From the NCBI GenBank assembly GCA_030167145.1, contig CP126532.1, forward strand, positions 240,001 through 272,000: a stretch of DNA of 32,000 nucleotides. Reading direction: 5' to 3'. Positions 8,512-17,642 of this stretch are shown here, piece after piece (position 1 is the stretch's first letter; each line of letters begins with the position of its first letter). The notes beneath the pieces were generated by a model. It searched no databases. It was given only the letters and a program-made list of their open reading frames with translations, and was not told the DNA's origin. The DNA is from Ktedonobacterales bacterium (GTDB lineage Bacteria > Chloroflexota > Ktedonobacteria > Ktedonobacterales > JADMIN01). Both the position numbers and the translations under genes were made by a program.

Positions 8512-9363
8512 TTGACGCCCGCAACTCCCGCGCCACACCCACCTATCACAGTTGATGTCGCTCTTGCCCCAACCGCACGAGAGCGATCGGAACGACACAC
8601 CAACGTCACCTACATCGTCGTGGACGTCATTCGCGCCACCACATCGCTCTGCATCTTCTTTGAGTACGGTTGTAATCAAGTGCTCGTTGCCCCGAGTGTT
8701 GCCGCCGCTCGCGCTGCCCGCACGCGCCTGGGACCACGCTGGGTGCTCGCGGGCGAGGTTGGAGGCGCACGGCCCGATGATTTCGACCTTGGCAATTCGC
8801 CCGCCGAAATCGCGGGCGCTGCGCTCGCTGGGCGCGACGTCCTCTTCGCCACCACCAACGGCACCCGCGCGCTCCATGCCTGCACAGGCGGGCACGCCAT
8901 ATTCGCGGGTTCCTTCCGCAATGCCGCAGCCGTCGCCACCACCGCGCTCGCCACCCTATCGGAGGAGAATGCTCGCGCCCCCATCGGCGAGCCAGAAGAC
9001 CCACAACCCGACATTGTTGTCGTCTGCGCCGGACGCGACGACAAGCCAACCTATGACGATACTCTCTGCGCAGGCTATCTCGTCCGCAAGCTCACCGAAG
9101 CTGCCCACGCAATGGGTAGAGACATCATCCTGCGCGAAAATGCCCCGCTGGCCTTCGACGCCGCTGCGGGCGCTGAGGCGCTCTGGGGCTATCGCAATGC
9201 GCTCGCCCGCTCCGAAGCCGCACGCGCCATTGCGCGCATTGGTCTCAGCGGCGACCTCGATTGGTGCGCCGCCACCAACGTCACCCAGGTCGTGCCGCAG
9301 GTGACCGGCGTTGACGCATCAGGCGAGCTATTGATAATCGAACCCACCTCAATGCTTGCATAA
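8512..9363 (+). CDS. ComB-family (2-phosphosulfolactate phosphatase-like) protein, paralogue 2
   Basis: 'YIVVDVIRATTS', 'DFDLGNSP' and 'ATTNGTRAL' are canonical ComB family motifs. TTG 8512 is in frame, 8 nt after GGAGGA (8498-8503). The ORF-track upstream extension has a non-coding look. Confidence 0.75.
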   Translation: MTPATPAPHPPITVDVALAPTARERSERHTNVTYIVVDVIRATTSLCIFFEYGCNQVLVAPSVAAARAARTRLGPRWVLAGEVGGARPDDFDLGNSPAEIAGAALAGRDVLFATTNGTRALHACTGGHAIFAGSFRNAAAVATTALATLSEENARAPIGEPEDPQPDIVVVCAGRDDKPTYDDTLCAGYLVRKLTEAAHAMGRDIILRENAPLAFDAAAGAEALWGYRNALARSEAARAIARIGLSGDLDWCAATNVTQVVPQVTGVDASGELLIIEPTSMLA

Positions 9364-9385
9364 GGAGTCTCGAACAGTGCCACGA

Positions 9386-9712
9386 ATGAAGGCTGCCAAT
9401 CTTATGTTGGCCTTCCTTTTAGAACTTTGTGCCCTTGCGGCGCTGGGCTATTGGGGATTCCATACTGGAATGGGTATCGGAAAGTTTATCCTGGCCGTTG
9501 GCGCGCCAGTCGTGTTCGCCATTATCTGGGCTATAGCCATCGCTCCGAAGTCTGTGCTACGCTTGCCTGGGCCATTGTCTTTCATCCTTGGCGTAGCGCT
9601 TTTGTTACTCACCGATGGGCTTCTCGCCGCCGCCGGAGCCGCAGTCCTAGCCGTAGCATTCGCCATCGTCATCCTGCTCAACGCGGCATTGCGATACATC
9701 TGGCATCAATAA
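9386..9712 (+). CDS. DUF2568 (YrdB-like) small integral membrane protein
   Basis: 'MKAANLMLAFLLELCALAALGYWGF' is the typical N-terminus of this family, with 4 predicted TM helices. AAGGAG at 9362-9367; alternative GTG start at 9377. Confidence 0.7.
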   Translation: MKAANLMLAFLLELCALAALGYWGFHTGMGIGKFILAVGAPVVFAIIWAIAIAPKSVLRLPGPLSFILGVALLLLTDGLLAAAGAAVLAVAFAIVILLNAALRYIWHQ

Positions 9713-9732
9713 CGCGGAAGGAAGAGAGTGCT

Positions 9733-11169
9733 GTGTTCACGCGAGACGAACTGATCGAAGCCGCCGGCGTACAGCCCCTCGGCGGCGCGCTGCCAGAGTC
9801 TTTCCCCGGCGGCGCAGTGGATAGCCGCGCGCTCCACCCAGGCGAGCTATTCATCGCCCTGCCCGGCGAACAGACCGACGGACATCGCTTCATCGCCGCC
9901 GCCGCGCGCGCAGGCGCCGGTGCCATCCTCTGCGCCCGACCCGATCAAGAGACGCTAGCCCTTGGCGTACCGCAACTCGTCGTCTCGCACCCGCTCCATG
10001 TGTTGCAACGCCTTGCTGCCACACATCTGCGCCGTCAACCCCACATCCGCGTTATAGCCATCACCGGCAGCAACGGCAAGACCAGCGTCAAAGAAGCTAC
10101 CGGAACGCTGCTTCAGCGCCTCGCGCCCACCCTCAAGACATTGGGCAACCTCAACACCGAGACTGGTCTACCACTTACCCTCTTGCGCTTGCAGCCAGAG
10201 CATCAATTCGCCGTGTTGGAGATGGGCGCACAGTGGGTAGGCGAGATCACCGAGTTGTGCCGCATCGCCCCACCAGAGATCGCCGTCGTCACCGTCGTCG
10301 GACCCGAACACCTCGAATATTTCGGCAGCCTCGCCAATGTCGCCGAGGGCGAGAGCGAAGCCGTGCGCGCCCTCACACCAGAGGGTATCGCCATCCTCAA
10401 TGACGACGACCCCGCCGTCCGCGCCATGGCTAAGCGCACCGCCGCGCGCGTCCTAACCTATGGACACCGCCCCGGCACAGATGTACGCGCCCTGCGTACC
10501 TCCGGCGACCCACTCACCGGGCTGAGCTTCACCCTGGCCGCAGGCGAAGAGAATGTCCGGGTACGGCTGCGCATCCCCGGTAGCCACGCTGTCACCACAG
10601 CCCTCGCGGCGGCAGCCGTCGCGCTGCATTGCGGCCTATCCCTGGCCGAGATCGCCGCCGGTCTGGCCGAGCTTCGGCCAGCCAAGCGCCGTGGCGAAAT
10701 CCATCGCGGTATCGGCGGCACGACCCTCGTAGACGACAGCTACAATGCCAACCGCCAGTCGGCCATCGCGGCGGTTGAGCTATTGCGCGGTGCCCACGCG
10801 CCCGACGGCAGCCGAAAATGGTTCATCTTCGGCGACATGCTGGAACTGGGCATCTACTCGCCGGACGAGCACGCTGCTGTGGGCGCTGCCATCGCTGAGG
10901 GCGGCATAGATGAACTCGTGCTCGTCGGCGCCGATGTTTCCGCGGCGCGCGATGCCGCCCTGCATGCGGGTATGCCGTCCGCGCGCATCCACTACTTCGC
11001 AGCCCGCCTCACCGACCTCCCTGCGCTAGCCGCAGCGCGTACCGCCGCCGCTACCTATGTGCGCGAACATCTGCGCGCGGGCGATCTCCTGCTCGTTAAA
11101 GGCTCGCTAGGCACCGGCATGGATAGCATCGTCGCCGCGCTGAAGGCCCCAGATAACGCCAGCGCCTGA
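9733..11169 (+). CDS. murF: UDP-N-acetylmuramoyl-tripeptide--D-alanyl-D-alanine ligase
   Basis: 'ITGSNGKTSVKE', 'GNLNTETGLPLTLL' and 'DDSYNANRQS' are Mur ligase / MurF motifs. GTG 9733 follows GGAAGGAAGAGAG. The ORF-track extension upstream overlaps the DUF2568 gene out of frame. Confidence 0.9.
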   Translation: MFTRDELIEAAGVQPLGGALPESFPGGAVDSRALHPGELFIALPGEQTDGHRFIAAAARAGAGAILCARPDQETLALGVPQLVVSHPLHVLQRLAATHLRRQPHIRVIAITGSNGKTSVKEATGTLLQRLAPTLKTLGNLNTETGLPLTLLRLQPEHQFAVLEMGAQWVGEITELCRIAPPEIAVVTVVGPEHLEYFGSLANVAEGESEAVRALTPEGIAILNDDDPAVRAMAKRTAARVLTYGHRPGTDVRALRTSGDPLTGLSFTLAAGEENVRVRLRIPGSHAVTTALAAAAVALHCGLSLAEIAAGLAELRPAKRRGEIHRGIGGTTLVDDSYNANRQSAIAAVELLRGAHAPDGSRKWFIFGDMLELGIYSPDEHAAVGAAIAEGGIDELVLVGADVSAARDAALHAGMPSARIHYFAARLTDLPALAAARTAAATYVREHLRAGDLLLVKGSLGTGMDSIVAALKAPDNASA

Positions 11170-11261
11170 ACTCCCTGTCACACTTTCGCCCGCTCGTGCG
11201 GTGTTGTAGGCGAGACCGAACGTATCTATCCGTCATCCCATCCCATCGAGGGGAGCTGCCT

Positions 11262-11888
11262 GTGCGCTTTCGCGAGCCTCCGCGCAACCGTGTGCCGCCC
11301 GCCGTTCCCGCACAAGCGGCATTCGTCGCCGCATTGGAACACAATCAGACCGCTCTCTACACCTTCGCGCGCAACCTGATAGGCGACGCCGAGGAGGCAC
11401 ACGACATCGTACAGGAGGTCTTCGCGGATGCCTGGCGCGCGGCTCTCCGCCAGCAGCCGCCCTTCACCGCGCAAAGCAGCGAGACGGATATACGCCGCTG
11501 GCTCTTCCACGTCACCTATCAGCGCGCCATCTCGCTTCGCCGCCACCGCAGCATCCTTGCCTGGGAGTCCCTCGATTTCGCTGATCCACCTGAACCATCA
11601 CAATCGGTGCCGTCGTTGCCCTTCGATCAGCGACTGGTCGAAGGCGACGCGCTTCGCGAGGCGCTTGCTCGCCTAAACGTGGACGAAGTCGCATGTATCG
11701 TCTTGAAAGTGCTTCAGGGCTTCACCCTGGCGGAGATTGCCCGCATTCTCGACCTCTCGCCCGCCGCTGCTCGTCAGCGCTTCTCACGAGCGATGCGCAG
11801 ACTACGCACCATCTACCTCGCGCGTGAGATCCAGCAGTGCCAAGCCGGGGTATTACCAGAATCCCCAGAAGGGCGGATACGCTCATGA
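11262..11888 (+). CDS. ECF-type RNA polymerase sigma factor (sigma-70 regions 2 and 4)
   Basis: Region 2 'AEEAHDIVQEVFADAWRA...WLFHVTYQRAISLRR' and region 4 HTH 'FTLAEIARILDLSPAAARQRFSRAMRRL'. GTG 11262 lies 6 nt after GAGGGGAG. Confidence 0.85.
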   Translation: MRFREPPRNRVPPAVPAQAAFVAALEHNQTALYTFARNLIGDAEEAHDIVQEVFADAWRAALRQQPPFTAQSSETDIRRWLFHVTYQRAISLRRHRSILAWESLDFADPPEPSQSVPSLPFDQRLVEGDALREALARLNVDEVACIVLKVLQGFTLAEIARILDLSPAAARQRFSRAMRRLRTIYLAREIQQCQAGVLPESPEGRIRS

Positions 11889-13429
11889 CGACCAACCATA
11901 TACCCCCAGTCGCACCCACACCGCTCTGCTCCGCCTTCGAATCCTGGCTGCCGCTGCTCGTATGGAACGAACTGGAAGGCGAAGAAGCAGCGGCAACGCA
12001 AGCGCATCTTCAGCAGTGCCAGTGGTGCCAGCGCTGTACACGCGAGTACGAAACAGTCGGATCGGCGCTTCGCGCCAGCCTTGGCGCTGATGATCTCGCG
12101 CCAACTACCTTTACTCTGGAGGCCATCATGAGCGCCGCTCAGAACACTCCTTCTCTGCCTGCGGACCCCAACTCTGCTCACACAGACCCACCATCCGCCC
12201 CTTCCACTGCGCGTAATTCTCGCCGATTCCGCCGCGCGAGCACGCTCGCGCCCGTCGCCGCCGTGTTGCTCATCGCCATCCTCACCGGCGCGCTCTTCGC
12301 CAGCCGGGGGCTGCTCTTCCGTTCCGCCGTTGCCCCTCACGCCACGCGCACAACTCCGCCCGCCCCAACCACTGCCATTTTTGCTGTGCCGGGTCGCGTC
12401 GCCCTATCAATGGTCGCTATCAATGGCGATCTCTGGTATCAGCATGTAGACCAGCACGGTAACACCAATGTGATCCACGTCAATACGCATGGGGTGGTGA
12501 GCAATCTCCCGCTTTCCAGTGCGTCTCTCGTCGGCAAATCTGGCGATGGTGGGATTTGGGCCGCAAACACGCAGACCAACACTCTCTGGCGCATTGACCC
12601 CAAGACGAACGCCATTAAGCAGTTTCAGCTTGGCGGTGCCGAACATCTCGCTCTTGCGGCAACAGGGCTAGATAATTCCGTATGGTTCTACGATGACTTC
12701 GCCAACACCTGCGGACGTCTTGACCCCACTACCGGCAACGTAACGCGCATTCCCATCCCGGAGCAGGTGACTCCGCGCGTCCCTACGCCCGGCGATGTCC
12801 ACGCCCACATTGAGGAACTCGCTGTTACACCAGATGGAGTCCTCTGGTTTGGCGTCGAGGCCACCCCACAAAACTGGATCGTCCGTTTCAACCCCGCAAC
12901 CAACGCCGTGCAACGCTTCGAGCTATCTCACATCACCCACGAAGACCCATTAGACCTCAGGCTCGATGGGGGCCTCATGCCAGCGCCAGATGGCAGCATC
13001 TGGTTTGTCGCGGGCACCAATCCAAAGCTGGCCGCGCAAAATTCGACCGGAACCGCCTACACATTGGAAATGCAAATCGTCCACGTCACGCCCGACGGCA
13101 ATATCGCACTATATCCGTTTCCAAAATACGGCTACGAAGCCTCTGGCTTCGCCGTGGATGCCCAGAGCAACTTCTGGTTCCTCCAGGACGACGGCGGCAT
13201 GGTACCTGCCAACGGGACCGCGACCCCCGGCGCATCCATTTCGGTAGTGCGCGTAACGCCTCAAGGCGCATTCCAGACCGTGGCGACCATCTCCAAGCAG
13301 CTTGTCGTACTGCCCAATACCGCAGCAATAGCCGTTGCCATTGAGCCAAACCAGTCCGTCTGGATGGCTCGTGAAGCTCGCGACGGTGTCACCTACTACG
13401 CCGTTCGTATTGCACTCCCACATCAATAA
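11885..13429 (+). CDS. zinc-finger (ZAS) anti-sigma factor - TM helix - extracytoplasmic 7-bladed Vgb/streptogramin-lyase-like beta-propeller
   Basis: ATGA overlap with the sigma stop. H-x3-C-x2-C 'HLQQCQWC' at 12005-12028. TM segment 'LAPVAAVLLIAILTGALFA'. Seven repeats of the '(D/N)GxhWF...hxRhxPxTxxhxxFxL' type. Confidence 0.75.
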   Translation: MTTNHIPPVAPTPLCSAFESWLPLLVWNELEGEEAAATQAHLQQCQWCQRCTREYETVGSALRASLGADDLAPTTFTLEAIMSAAQNTPSLPADPNSAHTDPPSAPSTARNSRRFRRASTLAPVAAVLLIAILTGALFASRGLLFRSAVAPHATRTTPPAPTTAIFAVPGRVALSMVAINGDLWYQHVDQHGNTNVIHVNTHGVVSNLPLSSASLVGKSGDGGIWAANTQTNTLWRIDPKTNAIKQFQLGGAEHLALAATGLDNSVWFYDDFANTCGRLDPTTGNVTRIPIPEQVTPRVPTPGDVHAHIEELAVTPDGVLWFGVEATPQNWIVRFNPATNAVQRFELSHITHEDPLDLRLDGGLMPAPDGSIWFVAGTNPKLAAQNSTGTAYTLEMQIVHVTPDGNIALYPFPKYGYEASGFAVDAQSNFWFLQDDGGMVPANGTATPGASISVVRVTPQGAFQTVATISKQLVVLPNTAAIAVAIEPNQSVWMAREARDGVTYYAVRIALPHQ

Positions 13430-13431
13430 GC

Positions 13432-13791
13432 TCAGGCGGGGCTGCTTGCGCGCTCCATCGGCAGCCCCGCCGCCTCCCAGGCATCCGTCCCGCCCTCCAC
13501 ATTGAACACCTGCGTGACGCCTTGCCGCTGGGCAAACCTCGCCGCCATCATGCTACGCTCACCCACATGGCAGATGAAGAACACGTCTCGATCTTTTGGT
13601 GTCTCGCCCACGCGCATCTGCAACTCACTCAATGGAATGTTCACCGCCTCTGCCGCATGCCCTGCGGCGTATTCCCACACCTCACGCACATCAATCAGCG
13701 CCGGTTTGATGCCGTCCACACCCGCCTCTGCCATGCGCTGCCACACCTCACGCACGCCGACCTCAGGCACGCCTTGCTCTCCACTATTCAT
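13432..13791 (-). CDS. single-domain rhodanese (sulfurtransferase-like)
   Basis: 'ALIDVREVWEYAAGHAAEAVNIPL' and the active-site loop 'CHVGERS', then 'GGTDAW'. Confidence 0.85.
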   Translation of the reverse strand: MNSGEQGVPEVGVREVWQRMAEAGVDGIKPALIDVREVWEYAAGHAAEAVNIPLSELQMRVGETPKDRDVFFICHVGERSMMAARFAQRQGVTQVFNVEGGTDAWEAAGLPMERASSPA

Positions 13792-13998
13792 GTTTCCCCC
13801 GTTTCTCTCGACTATACGCCCTTTACGGCGCGCTCATCCCACCTGCGACCTATACCCATACCCGCATCGCAGATGCACCTGTATTCTGCACCATTATGCG
13901 CCATCCAGACAATCTCATGCTTCTCGCTCGCCTCTTGCATGTAGGTGCTACGCTGAAAGCGAAGCATCGCGGCGGTTTGGCGAGGAAGGGCACACGAT

Positions 13999-15234
13999 AT
14001 GGGCAGCGTTTCATTCTGGCAAGCAGAGACCGAGATATTTGATGCGCCACAGAGCGCTCCGCAACTCGAAGGCGCACACGAGGCAGAGATTGCGATTATC
14101 GGCGCGGGCATCACCGGCACGGCAGCGGCGCTCTGGCTGGCCCGCGCGGGGATGCGGGTCGCGGTAATCGAAGGGCGGCGGATAGCAGCAGGCGCCAGCG
14201 GGCGCAACGGCGGCTTTCTGCTCAGTGGTACCTCCGAATCCTACGCCACCGCCATCGCCCGCTATGGGCATGAGTGTGCCTATCGCATCTGGGATTTCAC
14301 CGTTCGCAACCAGACGATAGCCGCACAGCTTGTCGGAGAATTGGCCGAAGCAGGCTGGGAGTGCGGCTACCAGCGCGTCGGCAGCCTGCGCATCGCCAGC
14401 GCCGAGGCCGAGCTAGATGAACTGGCCGCCAGCATCACCCTGCTGCACGAAGACGGCTGGCAAGCCGAAACCACCACGCGCGACCAGTTGCCACAGCGCC
14501 TCCGCCACGCCTACCTGGGCGGCATTTACTACCCGCTTGACGCCGAGATTCAGCCCGCACGTTTCGTCGCAGGCATCGCGCGCCTCGCCACCCAGGAAGG
14601 AGCAGCCTTCTATGAGAAAAGCCCGGTGACGCGCCTAAGCGTTGACACCAATGGCATCTTGATCGAAACAGAGCACGGCAGCCTGCGTGCGCGACAAGTG
14701 CTGCTCGCCGCCAACGCCTGGCTGCCCGACCTGGCCCAGCAGGTAGGGGCCGACTGGCTTGCCCGCGCCATCACCCCCACACGTGGGCAGATGCTCGCCA
14801 CAGAGCCGGTCGCCGAACGCATCTTCACCTGCCCCTGCTACGCCAACGAGGGCTACGAATACTTCCGCCAGCTTGCCGATGGCCGGCTCGTCATCGGCGG
14901 TTGGCGCAACACCTCGTTCGACTCCGAGAATACCGCCGACGAAACGCCCGGCAATCCTGTGCAAGACAATGTCGAGCGTTTTCTGCGCGACATCCTGCGC
15001 CTGCCGGATTTGCGCGTAGAGCAGCGCTGGGCTGGCATCATGGCCTTCTCAGCAGACGGGCTGCCATTCGTTGGCGCGCTTCCCGGCGTGCCCGACGTCT
15101 ACGTTTCTGGCGGCTATACTGGCCACGGCAACGCCTACGCGCTGCTAGCCGCGCGCCTCATCAGCGACCTTGCCAAGGGCGCGCCCAACGCCGATGCCGA
15201 CCTCTTCGATCCCGCACGTATCGTCCCGACGTAA
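13999..15234 (+). CDS. FAD-dependent oxidoreductase, DAO (glycine/D-amino-acid oxidase-like) family
   Basis: Rossmann 'IAIIGAGITGTAAALWLARAGMRVAVIE', then 'ASGRNGGFL'. Length about 410 aa. Confidence 0.85.
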   Translation: MGSVSFWQAETEIFDAPQSAPQLEGAHEAEIAIIGAGITGTAAALWLARAGMRVAVIEGRRIAAGASGRNGGFLLSGTSESYATAIARYGHECAYRIWDFTVRNQTIAAQLVGELAEAGWECGYQRVGSLRIASAEAELDELAASITLLHEDGWQAETTTRDQLPQRLRHAYLGGIYYPLDAEIQPARFVAGIARLATQEGAAFYEKSPVTRLSVDTNGILIETEHGSLRARQVLLAANAWLPDLAQQVGADWLARAITPTRGQMLATEPVAERIFTCPCYANEGYEYFRQLADGRLVIGGWRNTSFDSENTADETPGNPVQDNVERFLRDILRLPDLRVEQRWAGIMAFSADGLPFVGALPGVPDVYVSGGYTGHGNAYALLAARLISDLAKGAPNADADLFDPARIVPT

Positions 15235-15245
15235 ACGGAGCTCCC

Positions 15246-15725
15246 ATGGCGCAGCCAGCAGTCCACGTCCAGAAACTCAACACACGCGGCGAGGTTACGC
15301 TCACCTATCCGGCCACCCTGCGCGAACGGCTGTCCAACGGTGCGCGGCTCGATGCCTACTGGACACGCCCCCCACTCCACCTGGGCTACACAACCTTTAT
15401 GACCGGCGACCACTTCATCGAAGAGTTCTACACTGACCGCTGGTACAACATCTTCGAGATTCACGCCGGAACTGACGGCACGCTCAAAGGATGGTACTGC
15501 AACATCGCCGAGCCAGCGACCATCAGCGAGACCATCATCTGCTCCCGTGATCTGTTGCTCGACCTCTGGGTCGCGCCCGACGGCTCTCTGCTCGTGCTGG
15601 ACGAAGACGAATTCGCGGCAGATACGCTGCTCGACGACATCACCAAAGCCGCCGCCCGCCGCGCGCTCAACGACCTCGAAGCGTGTGTCCGTGCCCACGC
15701 GCATCCCTTCACATCGCTGCCCTGA
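15246..15725 (+). CDS. DUF402 (FomD/Ntdp-like) domain protein
   Basis: 'WYNIFEI', 'GWYCNIAEP' and 'DLLLDLWVAPDGSLLVLDEDEF' fit the DUF402 pattern. ATG 15246 lies 11 nt after the oxidoreductase stop, with ACGGAG upstream. Confidence 0.72.
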   Translation: MAQPAVHVQKLNTRGEVTLTYPATLRERLSNGARLDAYWTRPPLHLGYTTFMTGDHFIEEFYTDRWYNIFEIHAGTDGTLKGWYCNIAEPATISETIICSRDLLLDLWVAPDGSLLVLDEDEFAADTLLDDITKAAARRALNDLEACVRAHAHPFTSLP

Positions 15726-15735
15726 ATCAGCCTGC

Positions 15736-16254
15736 TTATTTCTTCTTCTTAGGTGTGGCCGTCGCCACTGGCGTATGCGTCGGTGCCACCGTCTGTGTGG
15801 CCACCGGCGCGGGATGGATCGGCTTCACGAGATTCATGCCAAGCCGCGAGAATTCGAGGATCCCTGCACAAGCCAGCGCGATAACCACCAGCACTACGCC
15901 GAGAACGATAAAACTCCGCAGCCGGGAGCGCGGCTTGAAACGTTTTGGCGGCGCGATAGATTGCACCTTCGGGCGCGGCACCACCTGCCGCCCGTTGATG
16001 GCCACAAAAGCCTGCGTATCCCAAAAGTCTTCTTCCTGCACCCATTGATCCGGTGCGAAGAGCGGCTTGGTGGCTGCGGGATCGCGCTCACGCAGCGAGA
16101 AGACCCTCTCTCCCGACCCTTCCAGTGGAACAGACGGCGGCAGTGGAGCATATGATCCTCCCGCTTGCTGTCCACGCTCATTGCTGCGCGCACTGCTCCT
16201 CTGCCCTTGGTCGTCTGAATCTGCGCTATTCACGGAAGCCGACACCTCTGCCAT
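15736..16254 (-). CDS. hypothetical single-pass membrane protein (Lys-rich C-terminus)
   Basis: AAGGAG lies 7 nt before ATG 16254. GC3-biased frame with one TM segment 'FIVLGVVLVVIALACAGIL'. No family recognised. Confidence 0.6.
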   Translation of the reverse strand: MAEVSASVNSADSDDQGQRSSARSNERGQQAGGSYAPLPPSVPLEGSGERVFSLRERDPAATKPLFAPDQWVQEEDFWDTQAFVAINGRQVVPRPKVQSIAPPKRFKPRSRLRSFIVLGVVLVVIALACAGILEFSRLGMNLVKPIHPAPVATQTVAPTHTPVATATPKKKK

Positions 16255-16511
16255 CTACCCGCTCCTTCGCCACTGGAGTCACATGCCCACCCTCCACACA
16301 ACATTTCCCACTCCCCGCGTTCCCCATGCAAACCGACCAGCTAGCACTTGCCGCTGACCCCAGCATAGCATGCCGCCGCGCACTGTACTGTGAACCACTT
16401 CACACTTTAGCGGCTGCCAGCGGATACGTGAGCGAGCGTGCGAGTGTCGCACTTCAGGTGGCGATGATACGACACTTGCTCACTGATGAGACGCGCTAAT
16501 GCGCCGAATAC

Positions 16512-17456
16512 TCACTCAGTAATAGTGCGTATTTTACTCAGCTCGCTCGCAAATCGCCCAGCCCACATCGCGTTATTCAGCAACAACGCACGGTTTGCCG
16601 CCACACTCTCGCCACCGGTTAACTCCGCCACTCGCGCCAGCAGGAACGGCGTGGTCGCTGGTCCATGCACCCCCTGTTCCACAGCCTCGCGCAGCGCCGT
16701 CGTGATCGCCTTCTCGATTGCATCAGATGGCAGCGCAAATGCTTCGGGAATCGGACATGTGACGAGCAAGCCACCACCTACGCCACTGGCCCACTGCGCA
16801 TATGCGGTCGCAGCCACCTCCTGCGCCGTATCCGCGCGATGCGGCGTCCGCAGCCCGCTTGCCCTGCTGTAGAACGCGGGCAACTCATCCGTCTGGAACC
16901 CCACCACCGGCACACCATGCGTCTCCAGATACTCAAGCGTCAGCGGCAGGTCGAGGATAGCCTTCGCTCCTGCGCAGACCGTGAGCACAGGCGCGCGCGA
17001 CAGTTCGATCAGGTCGGCCGAGACATCAAAGCTACTCACCGCGCCGCGATGCACACCGCCTATTCCGCCAGTCGCGAACACACGAATTCCTGCGAGCGCG
17101 GCGCATGCCAGCGTACCCGCCACAGTCGTCGCAGCGGTTGCCCTCCGGGCGAGCGCTGGCGCCAGGTCACGGCGGCTGGCCTTCAGCACCTGTTCTTCGC
17201 TCCCCAGCCGTTCGATCTCGGCGTCGTTCAACCCCACGACGATCTGCCCATCCAGCAGCGCAACTGTCGCGGGCACAGCGCCCTCCGCCCGCACTGCATC
17301 TTCCATCGCCCGCGCTACCTCCAGATTCGCCGGACGCGGCAGCCCATGCGCGATGACCGTGGATTCCAGTGCCACAACGGCGCGGCCCTCCACCAGCGCG
17401 GCACGCACCTGCTCGGCAACACGCAGATAACTGTGAGATGTTGACACAGACATCAT
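16512..17456 (-). CDS. psuG: pseudouridine-5'-phosphate glycosidase
   Basis: 'VVALESTVIAHGLPRPANLEVA' and 'FATGGIGGVHRGA' are typical PsuG (IndA family) motifs. About 310 aa. Confidence 0.88.
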   Translation of the reverse strand: MMSVSTSHSYLRVAEQVRAALVEGRAVVALESTVIAHGLPRPANLEVARAMEDAVRAEGAVPATVALLDGQIVVGLNDAEIERLGSEEQVLKASRRDLAPALARRATAATTVAGTLACAALAGIRVFATGGIGGVHRGAVSSFDVSADLIELSRAPVLTVCAGAKAILDLPLTLEYLETHGVPVVGFQTDELPAFYSRASGLRTPHRADTAQEVAATAYAQWASGVGGGLLVTCPIPEAFALPSDAIEKAITTALREAVEQGVHGPATTPFLLARVAELTGGESVAANRALLLNNAMWAGRFASELSKIRTITE

Positions 17457-17642
17457 AGAGTCAGAATTCCTCTCAGATACGGATGGACGTGGATCAGATG
17501 TATTTCACCATAGCACCAAGAACGCTCAGCCGTCCTGCCCGCCCCGCGCAATACGCATCAGACAGTTGAAAGTAACGCGCCAGCACCACACCAATGTGTA
17601 GCTACCGGCGCGTCTACAGCTCGTGTTCGCCTTGCTGGCAGG

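Noticed and set aside
988-9363. Two ComB genes as evidence of coenzyme-M biosynthesis
   Set aside because: No comA, comC, comDE or sulfolactate-related genes are in the window. The contexts (SUKH, MFS, MurF) do not fit, so the calls are family-level only.
9427-9732. N-terminal 102-aa extension of the MurF ORF
   Set aside because: It overlaps the DUF2568 gene out of frame and has an Arg/Ser/His-rich translation. The MurF homology begins only at GTG 9733, which has its own RBS.
16512-17456. psuG without an adjacent pseudouridine kinase (psuK)
   Set aside because: The partner may simply be encoded elsewhere. Absence from a 32-kb window is not informative.
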